Shown here piece after piece: positions 49,104 to 58,229 of a DNA stretch of 64,000 nt. The stretch is taken from the IMG/VR virus record IMGVR_UViG_3300021431_000075, positions 544,001 to 608,000 of that record; one strand, 5' to 3'. Source of the stretch: a virus. Its lineage: Duplodnaviria > Caudoviricetes. Below the pieces are notes generated by a model. The model had not been told where the DNA came from. It searched no databases and was given only the letters and a program-made list of their open reading frames with translations. Within the stretch, counting starts at the first letter, position 1; the number at the start of each line of letters is the position of its first letter. The translations under genes were made by a program, and so were the position numbers.

Positions 49104-52085
49104 ATGAGCACTAACGTAACCAAGATGAGAGTTAAGGGAGTTGTTTATACTCTCAATGGAAAGTTATATAATTCTACCGGTTCGAACACAGACGGTAGCA
49201 TGACGCAAGCTGTTATTACATCTGAATTGACAGATGCTAAAGATATGGCAGAGTCTGCTCTCGCTATTGCTGAACAGGTTCGTGAAGAAGGAACGACAAC
49301 TATTGAAGGAAATGTGACGAACAACCCTGATGAAGAAGACTTGACCACTGTTATCAATGCACAGACGAATCTTGGTGAACTCAAACTCAAGAACAGAGCT
49401 TATGTTCCTGTTGAAAATTCAAAAGGCTATGTCATTCTCCGAAAGAATAATAATTTTTCATCTCAACTAACACAAACCAACACTGTTTATGAGATACGAT
49501 ATAATTTTGATTTGAATGGTGGAATAGTTGAAATTCCAGAAAACTGTACATTAAAATTTAATGGTGGTTCTATCTCCAATGGAACACTTGTTGGTTCTGA
49601 AACATATATTGATGCGATTGATGAAAATATTTTAATACAAATAACAATTGGTGGAACTTGGTCAAATGAGATAATAACAGACAAATGGTTTAATGATGCA
49701 AATATATTAAACATTAATGCTATTATGCGTGAAGATGTATATCAGCATATTTATATGACTAAAGATTATATTTGCAATGCACTTGAAAACACTGGTTATT
49801 TAATTCCATTAAGCAATACCTATATTCATTTAATCGGTTCAATTACAAGCAATCTAACAATTACAAATCATAGATTGATATTCATATATACAAATCCTAC
49901 ATTTGAAAGTTTAAAAAATATAACTATTGATGGCGAACGAGTTGGAAAAATAAACGGTAATCGAAGTCTTATTCCAATTAGTGAAGAAGGAGCTTTACAA
50001 TCAAATGGAAAATACAAACATACAGAAAACGGAATAGGTATCGCAATACGTGGAAATATAGATGGTGTTACAATTAAGAATCTTGAAATTTATGAATGTC
50101 ATTGTGATGGTATTTATGCAGCATCTGGAAAAAACATTATTATACAAGATTGTTATATTCATGGTTGTATCAGACAAGGAATCTCTATTTGTTCTGATGT
50201 GTCATCTGTTACAAATTCGGAAAATGTTTTGGTAAAAGATTGTCGAATAGAAAATATTGTAGATTATGAGAACAACGGTTACGTTATTGAATCCGGACCG
50301 GGTGCTGCTATTGATATAGAACCGAACAGAAATGGTGGTTTTTGTAAAAATATATCAATAGAAAATATTACATTAAACAACTGTGTAAAAGGTATTCAAT
50401 TGGATGCATCACGCTCTGTAGCAACTGGAGAAAGTTTTGTTAGCAATGTAAGAGTATGTAACATTAAAGCAAGCAATGTATCAAGTTATCTATTAAGTAC
50501 ATATTCTAAGGCGGAAAACATAACAATTGAGAATATTACAGTTGAACACGTGAAGTATGAAAAAGATGATAATGCTTCATCTGGTTTATTCTTTATGTGT
50601 ATGTATGCTAAAAATATATTGCTTAATGATGTTGATGCAGTTGGGATAGGTAACGGATGTGTAATAAACGGTTCAACAGATATCTTGATAACGAATAGTA
50701 CAATAAGTTGCATTCGATTATTCTTCAGTGATTCAACAGATAATGAAAATGTAGAATTCAAAAATTGTAGAATTGATGCAAATAATATCAGCAATTCTCA
50801 TCAAGCAATTAGCGGAATAAATTTCTCATTAAATTATTTTAATATAATTTCTACTGACGGCTTCAACACATGGTTGTCCAATACCATATTTAAAGATAAT
50901 TATATTACAGGTTCAAACATTAGATTCGGTGAAAGCAATACAAGTAATGTGTTGAAAAACATTATTTTTGAGAACAATGAATTCAATATTACAAGAAATG
51001 CCCAAATTATTGTTTCTGCTGCCGATGTTCTTTTTGCAAATAATACATTCTTTTGTAATAATAATGCAAATGTTAAAGTTATAGTTAGAGGAATTGTAAA
51101 TAATGCTAATATTCGATTCATAGATAATCAACTTATTGATTATGTAAATAATTATTCAGATTTGATATATGATGGAAATCTCGGTTCATTGTATATAATA
51201 ACTATTGATGGAAAAATATATGATAATGGTTCTTGGAATTATACAAACGGAGATGCCATTATGATAAAACGTGGGTTGCTTGAAAACATACCTGATATAG
51301 AATCAGGAAATGACGGTGTTTCATATTATGCTACCGATATTCAAAAGAATTGCTACATTCAACAAAGAAATGACAAATTCTTATGGGCAGATAGTGATGG
51401 TTATCCTGTGTTCATTTACAATTATGAAGGAAGTGCCAATGTATTACATATTATTGAAAAACAAGGTCCATTGTCAGACAAACCAATATGTGGAAAAGTA
51501 GGAATGCGGTATTTTGAAACTACAAATAACCAACCTATTTATATAAAGAGCGGTACAGTTCCTGCATATGACATCACATTATCATTTGTTGACAATCCAA
51601 CTTATACCGGTTCTATTAATGAAGGTTATAGTGGTGGAAATTTTGTATTTACGTTTGAGAATGTAAAAAAGAGAATTGCTTTTCAAAAAACAAATAATGT
51701 TGGAACTATATTAACAGAAATATTTAACGCATTAAATCCATATTTTAACATTACAGTAGATACAGAAAACAACAAATTTACAATAATTGGAAATTTTATA
51801 GGTTCACATGTTCCACAAATATCTGGAGTATATATATATTCTACATATCCATTAAAATTGAGTGCTTCAAGAAGTGCTATAACTCGTGGAAGTCTTATTT
51901 GGGTTGATGAAGAAGGAGTAGATGTAACGAACGTCTCTACTGTCAAGGGAACTACTGTTCAGAGAGAAGCATTGACTCTTGCCGCTACTAACGAAGGTCT
52001 GAGGTACTATGACACTACTCTTAAGAAGTACGTTCTCTGGAACGGAACACAATGGACAAATCTTGATGGAACAGCATTGTCTTAA
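49104..52085 (+). CDS. Cassette 4R: tail spike-like right-handed beta-helix protein (putative polysaccharide depolymerase)
   Basis: Shared N-terminus; IPENCTLKFNGGSI; parallel beta-helix repeats (DGIY, RQGISI, AAIDIEPN); C-terminal GLRYYDTTLKK...WNG module. Confidence 0.8.
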   Translation: MSTNVTKMRVKGVVYTLNGKLYNSTGSNTDGSMTQAVITSELTDAKDMAESALAIAEQVREEGTTTIEGNVTNNPDEEDLTTVINAQTNLGELKLKNRAYVPVENSKGYVILRKNNNFSSQLTQTNTVYEIRYNFDLNGGIVEIPENCTLKFNGGSISNGTLVGSETYIDAIDENILIQITIGGTWSNEIITDKWFNDANILNINAIMREDVYQHIYMTKDYICNALENTGYLIPLSNTYIHLIGSITSNLTITNHRLIFIYTNPTFESLKNITIDGERVGKINGNRSLIPISEEGALQSNGKYKHTENGIGIAIRGNIDGVTIKNLEIYECHCDGIYAASGKNIIIQDCYIHGCIRQGISICSDVSSVTNSENVLVKDCRIENIVDYENNGYVIESGPGAAIDIEPNRNGGFCKNISIENITLNNCVKGIQLDASRSVATGESFVSNVRVCNIKASNVSSYLLSTYSKAENITIENITVEHVKYEKDDNASSGLFFMCMYAKNILLNDVDAVGIGNGCVINGSTDILITNSTISCIRLFFSDSTDNENVEFKNCRIDANNISNSHQAISGINFSLNYFNIISTDGFNTWLSNTIFKDNYITGSNIRFGESNTSNVLKNIIFENNEFNITRNAQIIVSAADVLFANNTFFCNNNANVKVIVRGIVNNANIRFIDNQLIDYVNNYSDLIYDGNLGSLYIITIDGKIYDNGSWNYTNGDAIMIKRGLLENIPDIESGNDGVSYYATDIQKNCYIQQRNDKFLWADSDGYPVFIYNYEGSANVLHIIEKQGPLSDKPICGKVGMRYFETTNNQPIYIKSGTVPAYDITLSFVDNPTYTGSINEGYSGGNFVFTFENVKKRIAFQKTNNVGTILTEIFNALNPYFNITVDTENNKFTIIGNFIGSHVPQISGVYIYSTYPLKLSASRSAITRGSLIWVDEEGVDVTNVSTVKGTTVQREALTLAATNEGLRYYDTTLKKYVLWNGTQWTNLDGTALS

Positions 52086-52216
52086 TCAATGTGATTTATT
52101 TTATAGTTTTTTGTGATCGCTTGATTCGAATCTTATAAATAAAGAGAGCATTCAATGAAATCGTAACTACAAAGCAACATTTCTTGAATGTTCTCTTTTC
52201 TTCTTGAAAGATGTTA

Positions 52217-52224
52217 GATAAATA
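52217..52224 (+). promoter_or_regulatory. Putative late promoter GATAAATA for the tail tube gene
   Basis: AGATAAATAATAAAA, the same context as upstream of the sheath gene. Confidence 0.6.
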
Positions 52225-52303
52225 ATAAAAGATGGTCGGGCTGTTCTTAATGTGACAGTTCCCGGATTAACCAAGTTGATAAAATACATTATTATATAAT
52301 AAT

Positions 52304-52915
52304 ATGCCAATAAGTACTCCTCAGATTACATCGCCGGGTCTTCTCGGTTTGAGTCATTTCAGGAACAGCCGTGTTTCAACGTCTCTTTGGGAACCTATAT
52401 ACCAGAACCTGTTTAGCGTGACGCTTGTTCCGCCAGAGCCACTTCAGGGCGACGACGAAAGAGTAAGAGTCATTCTTGAAGGCGTTCAGCAAGTCGGCAC
52501 AATACCTGCATCAAAGGCTTCGACCGCAGTTGAGCAGAAGTACAAGTTCGCTACCCGCTCGTTCTCTAACGCGACTCCTGAGAACACGACGATGGACTTG
52601 CAGATCAGCTTCGCTCTCAACCTCTCATATGACAACGAGACTCCGGAGAACTACACGTACAAGTTCCTTCGCCAGTGGGTTGACCTTGTGTATGATCCAT
52701 TGACTGGTCGTCAGGGACTTAAGAGGGACTATGTCGCTCCTTCCATGACAATCACGATGCACGACCGTGCAGGAAGTCCGTACTGGCAGTGGGTTATGTG
52801 GTACATATTCCCTACGACAGGTGCAGGCGGTCCGACACTCAACTACACAAGCGGCGACTTGATGTCAATCCAGATGACATTCAGATGCGACTGGTGGGAT
52901 GAGGTTTGCCTCTAA
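52304..52915 (+). CDS. Tail tube protein (T4 gp19-like)
   Basis: 203 aa; EPIYQNLFSV, FLRQWVDLVYDPLTG...KRDY, IFPT, LNY and MTFRCDWW match the tail tube pattern. Confidence 0.8.
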   Translation: MPISTPQITSPGLLGLSHFRNSRVSTSLWEPIYQNLFSVTLVPPEPLQGDDERVRVILEGVQQVGTIPASKASTAVEQKYKFATRSFSNATPENTTMDLQISFALNLSYDNETPENYTYKFLRQWVDLVYDPLTGRQGLKRDYVAPSMTITMHDRAGSPYWQWVMWYIFPTTGAGGPTLNYTSGDLMSIQMTFRCDWWDEVCL

Positions 52916-53092
52916 TCCTTTGTTTGAAATCTGTCATAAACATAAATATTTTTTGTTAATAAAAAGAAAGATGCAGTCAGTTCATGGCTGCATCTTCTAT
53001 TTTTGTTTTTATTCTCTAATGAATTATTAAAAAAAAGGACAGCCAAATATCGGCTGTCCATGAATTATGATAAGTATGTTAATTTATTATAT

Positions 53093-56000
53093 CTAACTAC
53101 TTTGTTCAGTTTGCATATAGACTTCTTTATATACACCAACTTGTGTAGAACTTCCAGCACTGATACATCTATAACCAACTTTTAATAAATTTGTCATTAG
53201 TACAGGATTTTCTATTTCTATAGTAATGTTTGTATTAGTTGTTTTTAGTATTTTCCATTCATTACTATTTTCATTCGAAGGATTTGTATCACCTTTTGCA
53301 TCAATGATTAATTTTCCATTTTTTAATTCATAACCATACATTACATTAGATGTAGGAGTAGTACATTTCACTCTTGTTGTTAAACAACTGTTAATGTTAT
53401 CATCAAATAACACAGCCTGTTCAGAATATAGTTCAAATACGCTGTTTATAAATTGGTTTGATTTACTCGCTCCAATAAGTATATCATTTACTGTACCTTT
53501 TATGTGACATTTTATGTAACTATTTATGAAGTTAAATGCACCGGCATATATAAGATGACTATTGTTTGATGAAGAAGTAAATTTACAATCTACTACTTGT
53601 AAATTATTTATGGTTGATTCATTATCATAACAACGGAAGATGTTGTTTACACCTGTAATATTACAATTGATTATCTGAACATCATCTGTTCCAAAACCAA
53701 ATGAGCAAAATGTTGAACTTCCATTATCTAATATATTTCCATTATATAGACGTACAGTATTATTGCTAATAATATTATTATTTCCATTCATATAGTACAA
53801 ACCTCTAAAAAAGTCAATTGAATTATCCGCAACATCAATATTAAATACATTGTTATTGCAAATAATATTATCAACTCGATAAACATCTGTATTTCCACCG
53901 GTTTGTCCGATAATTGTAATGAAATTTGTATATGTGTGTTTTATTGCTATTATATTATCTTCAAATCTTGTACCTGCAGAACGTATCTGAACTTTTCCTT
54001 CAATATAACAATTTTTGATTAAACAGTCTTTAAATGCTGTTTTGTTGTTTCCTTGCATAAAAATAGCATAAAATGTACTACCATTATTATATGTGTTTAT
54101 AAATTTACAATTAATGATATTAAGTTTCTTTACATTTGCCAAACTTACTACTGCAGTAATACAACCATTAGTTGTAGAACTGTTTATCTCACTAAAAGAA
54201 CAATTATTTATGGTAATTGCTTCATAAGAATGACCATATATTGCAAACTGAATAGAATTTGCACTATTTTCAACAGAATTTATATTTTTAAACTCACAAC
54301 TTTCAAAAATAACATTTGCATTGACATCTTGAATTTTTACCAGTGAACGTGCAACCCACTTTGAGTTTGTTTCATCATAATATTCCAATGCTAAACCATT
54401 TGCATCAAAAATAGTATTTTCAACTCTGAATGAACTTTTGAACGTAACTACTGTATTTTTATTCAAAACTTTTATAGTTCCGCCATATATATTAGATTTT
54501 GGTTCTATCTCACCAGATATTCCATAAGTATTTGTAAGATGTATTGTATTACTTATAAAATGAGCTTTGCTTAATGCAATTGTATCATCAGTAATACCAT
54601 CACCGGTAGCACCGAACCATTCAGGGTAAGCTTCTGCAATATTCCATGAACCATCAAAATTGATATTTTCACCAAATATTTGTTCTTTATCAGCAACAAT
54701 AGATGTATTGTTACCTGTTATTGTAATGATATTGTTTGAATCATTTATAAATTTACCACCTATGAAACGTAAAGTGATATTATTTGGTAATACAAGAGAA
54801 TCTGACAATATAACATCTTCTTTTATATCTATGAATTTTTCAACTTCTATGTCAGTCGTTGCTGTATAATCTATCGGATTTATTTCATAACAAGGAACGA
54901 GTGGATTTGAAGAGTTATTTCCATATCTATATTGACTACCAAGAATATCATGATTATAATTATTCTTAACGCAAATATATTTGTAGTTTTCAACTATGAT
55001 TTTGCGTGTATTTCTTGAAACTGACAAATAACTATTTGTAAGATTTAATCCACAATCAAATCCTTGCCATGAACCAATATAACCATAATTGAAATATCTG
55101 CGTTTTATGCAATTAATAGTAGCAGTTTCAATAGCTTCGAAATAACCTTTATCAAAAACAACATTTCCACTGATAGAGCATATTCCATAACCTTCAAGAT
55201 TTGGTGATGCATTTGCTACATAACCAATTCCTTCGATAACAGAATTTGTTAAAGATATTTCACGACTACAATTTATTATACCTTCTTGACATGCCTCAAT
55301 CACTATATTATCAAAAATAGCATTTGTTGTTTGTCTGGAACAAAATAATCCAATATAACAATATCTTATCAAGAAATCTCTTTTGTGAGTACACCATTCA
55401 AAATCATCTATTACTCCGATATTAAATCTTTCAACATATATGTTTTCAATACTTCCTCTAACGAATGTAGTAGTTTGTTCAACGTTATGTACACCAGTAT
55501 TGTCATGATAACGAATATAACTATAAGATTCACCCATTTGTATTCCTATTGTCATATATAAATAAGACCACATATATTGACAATATTCTTCAAGAGAACA
55601 AATCATAGGATATACATCATCATTATCAACATAAGTATGTGATGATAGATAAGGTATTCTATAATCTCCTATTCTTTTTCCAATAGAATAACAAATATAT
55701 CTATATAAAATATTAGTTCGTACATCATCTATTCCGTTTAATTTTCTGGCAACGTAATTTCGTACCCAAGCAAACATATTCTCACGAACTTCATCATCTT
55801 CTTCAGAAGTAAATGTCGGATTTGAATAATTCGTCTCATAATACTTAATAAATGATGTGATTAAATCTTCATTAACTCTTAAGTTTCTCCAATCTGAATA
55901 TAAGATTTTACACAATTGATTAAACGTAAGACTTTTACCAGAATATGTTTTCGGCAATTTTTCATATGAATTATCTCCAATATATCTTAATGTATAACAT

Positions 56001-57742
56001 CCTGTATTGATAAACGAACCTATTATGCTAATTCCGATTTTAGCAGTAGTTAAAATAAAAGTTTTTTCACGCCCACTTCCATTAAAATTTATAACGGTAC
56101 TTGTATTTAAACGTAATCTTTTTATTGTTGTTTGTATAGTTAATGATTCATCAAGATAACCGTTTATTATATTCTCTGTAAAATCAGAATGTAAATTTAT
56201 AGTTTCATTAACATAATAATATCTCGGCAACAGTAAAATATTAAGTCCGATTCTCTTGCTAATACTTATTACTTTATTTAGTATTGATGAACAATATTCA
56301 GGTTCTGAAACAATATTATTATAACTTATTGCTCCCCACCACTCTATAAATAAATTTTCTACATTCCAGTTTCCTTCTAATTCTATATTATCAAATATCT
56401 TTATCATATTTGCATCAATATTAGCATTATTTCCAACTATTATTCCATTAGTAATTGAACCTCCATTAAATTTCAAAACACATCCATAAGGAAGTATAAG
56501 TTTTTTTGAAATATTATATCTTCCTTCATATATAGAAGAATTTATGGCAATGCAAGGAGTATAAAGTAAAGCATGAGATGTATTGTTTGTCAATGTATAT
56601 TCATTTCCATTAACAACATCCGGTTCTTTTTTGGTTGTTCCAAGTTCATTAAGAACTGTACATTCTCCAAGAACTGTTAGAACTAATGATGGTGTTCCAA
56701 TATTACTGCTTTCAACTGGAAATAAAGCAATAATTCTATTAATAAGTGTTTCTAATGGTATAGCTTCACTTCTTTCATATCTATTACCATTTATATTAGA
56801 ATATGTATCTAATGATATATTACTTTCTATACTTCTACTGCACAATATTGATGTATGAATGTCTGTTCCCGGTGTTGAAGTTCCAATGTATATATTATCA
56901 TCCGATTGCATAATATATTCATTGTTAGAAGTAGTTAGTTGTTGTTTATTTTTATCATATAATAATTCACCTTGACCAAGAGTTATTACATCTCCTTTAT
57001 TCAAAGAGAGAACATTAGACAGATAATGCGAAATACCAGTTTCTAATTGACTTGAAGATTTCATCCCAGTTGTATTGCAAGTAGAAATTGCAGTCAATTT
57101 AAAAGGTTTTTGTTGTATTGGTGACTTTTTTGCTAAATAAACAATATTCGTTGAAGGTAGATTGATAATATCTCCAAATTCATTATTATTAGAATCTATA
57201 AAAATACACCCATCAAGTCCCATTATTATATTTCCTTCATCAAATTGACTTAAATCAATTTGTGAATCAGATATATTGTATTTGAACGAACCGGAAATGA
57301 TTTGATTGCTTAAACTTAATACTGGTTCGTCATCTGTAACTTTTAAATTAAAGTTATTTCTGATTTCAAATATCGTATTTGTCTTTCCGGCAATCTGTTC
57401 TTCAATCGGACTATCTGAACGAAGAATACAATATCCTTTTGTATTTTCGACTGGAACATATGCTCTGTCTTTGATTTTCAGAACACCAACACCTGTCTGT
57501 GAGTCTAAAACTGTCGTAATATCGTCTTCATCAGGATTGTTAATTACATTTCCTTCGATATTGAATCTTCCATCTTCTTGCAACTGGCTTATGTCATTGT
57601 AGATTTCATCAATTGCTTCTTGAATGTTTGTTGCTTCAGTATTGCTTACAGTCTTATCAAAAGAAACTTTGGATGCATCTTGGCTGATGTTGTAGTTTAC
57701 TCCTTTGACTCTTATTTTGTTTACAGTACTATTGATAGACAT
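53093..57742 (-). CDS. Cassette 5L: large tail spike-like protein with two beta-helix regions
   Basis: MSINSTVNKIRVKGVNYNI; shares IEGNVxNNPDE...RAYVPVENxKGY with 49104; LKFNGG...IEWWGA and LRFIGG...PEWFGATGDGITDDTIAL (pectate lyase 3-like starts). Confidence 0.8.
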   Translation of the reverse strand: MSINSTVNKIRVKGVNYNISQDASKVSFDKTVSNTEATNIQEAIDEIYNDISQLQEDGRFNIEGNVINNPDEDDITTVLDSQTGVGVLKIKDRAYVPVENTKGYCILRSDSPIEEQIAGKTNTIFEIRNNFNLKVTDDEPVLSLSNQIISGSFKYNISDSQIDLSQFDEGNIIMGLDGCIFIDSNNNEFGDIINLPSTNIVYLAKKSPIQQKPFKLTAISTCNTTGMKSSSQLETGISHYLSNVLSLNKGDVITLGQGELLYDKNKQQLTTSNNEYIMQSDDNIYIGTSTPGTDIHTSILCSRSIESNISLDTYSNINGNRYERSEAIPLETLINRIIALFPVESSNIGTPSLVLTVLGECTVLNELGTTKKEPDVVNGNEYTLTNNTSHALLYTPCIAINSSIYEGRYNISKKLILPYGCVLKFNGGSITNGIIVGNNANIDANMIKIFDNIELEGNWNVENLFIEWWGAISYNNIVSEPEYCSSILNKVISISKRIGLNILLLPRYYYVNETINLHSDFTENIINGYLDESLTIQTTIKRLRLNTSTVINFNGSGREKTFILTTAKIGISIIGSFINTGCYTLRYIGDNSYEKLPKTYSGKSLTFNQLCKILYSDWRNLRVNEDLITSFIKYYETNYSNPTFTSEEDDEVRENMFAWVRNYVARKLNGIDDVRTNILYRYICYSIGKRIGDYRIPYLSSHTYVDNDDVYPMICSLEEYCQYMWSYLYMTIGIQMGESYSYIRYHDNTGVHNVEQTTTFVRGSIENIYVERFNIGVIDDFEWCTHKRDFLIRYCYIGLFCSRQTTNAIFDNIVIEACQEGIINCSREISLTNSVIEGIGYVANASPNLEGYGICSISGNVVFDKGYFEAIETATINCIKRRYFNYGYIGSWQGFDCGLNLTNSYLSVSRNTRKIIVENYKYICVKNNYNHDILGSQYRYGNNSSNPLVPCYEINPIDYTATTDIEVEKFIDIKEDVILSDSLVLPNNITLRFIGGKFINDSNNIITITGNNTSIVADKEQIFGENINFDGSWNIAEAYPEWFGATGDGITDDTIALSKAHFISNTIHLTNTYGISGEIEPKSNIYGGTIKVLNKNTVVTFKSSFRVENTIFDANGLALEYYDETNSKWVARSLVKIQDVNANVIFESCEFKNINSVENSANSIQFAIYGHSYEAITINNCSFSEINSSTTNGCITAVVSLANVKKLNIINCKFINTYNNGSTFYAIFMQGNNKTAFKDCLIKNCYIEGKVQIRSAGTRFEDNIIAIKHTYTNFITIIGQTGGNTDVYRVDNIICNNNVFNIDVADNSIDFFRGLYYMNGNNNIISNNTVRLYNGNILDNGSSTFCSFGFGTDDVQIINCNITGVNNIFRCYDNESTINNLQVVDCKFTSSSNNSHLIYAGAFNFINSYIKCHIKGTVNDILIGASKSNQFINSVFELYSEQAVLFDDNINSCLTTRVKCTTPTSNVMYGYELKNGKLIIDAKGDTNPSNENSNEWKILKTTNTNITIEIENPVLMTNLLKVGYRCISAGSSTQVGVYKEVYMQTEQSS

Positions 57743-57772
57743 TTTAGACTTATTAGAATTTTGGGTTAAATT

Positions 57773-58189
57773 CGTTTCTTATTCAGGTAAGTTTTGTTCT
57801 TTCCTTTCCGTCTTTGAAAACTGCTCGTTCTTTCCTTAAAAATGTTTTTTTATTTTTCAAGTCAAGAACTTCATCGAAAACGATTTTACTATTTATCTTG
57901 ATTTGACGCTTTCTTGTTATTCTGTTTTTGCTAATCAGATAAAAAGAAACATCCATTTCGATTGAGAGTTCTCAAATGCTGACAGTCACTTGTCATGACT
58001 AATCAGCCAAAGAAACACTTTTATTTTCATTATTTATCTTTGCATTTTGCGAGACCATTCAAAACGCTTTTCAGGTTTATTAGCACAGAACAGCTGCTGG
58101 ACTGCGATTTCTTGAAGTTAAGAAATCTTAATAAAAACACGTAACGCATTATTAATATTGAAGAACAAAACGTACCTGAATAAGAAACG
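57773..58189. promoter_or_regulatory. Switch locus 5: 29-bp inverted repeat (one mismatch) around a 359-bp segment with two left-pointing late-promoter motifs; candidate invertible promoter / expression site
   Basis: CGTTTCTTATTCAGGTAAGTTTTGTTCTT (57773-57801) and AAGAACAAAACGTACCTGAATAAGAAACG (58161-58189); GATAAATA on the minus strand at 57890-57897 and 58031-58038. Confidence 0.75.
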
Positions 58190-58229
58190 TTGGATTTTTG
58201 ATTTTAATACTAAAAGTAAGCATTAATCA

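Noticed and set aside
22142-58189. Repeats interpreted as a CRISPR array or as MITE/IS ends
   Set aside because: They are inverted pairs, not tandem direct repeats with unique spacers. I see no target-site duplications or transposase, and they occur only between divergent cassette genes. A MITE origin is not fully excluded.
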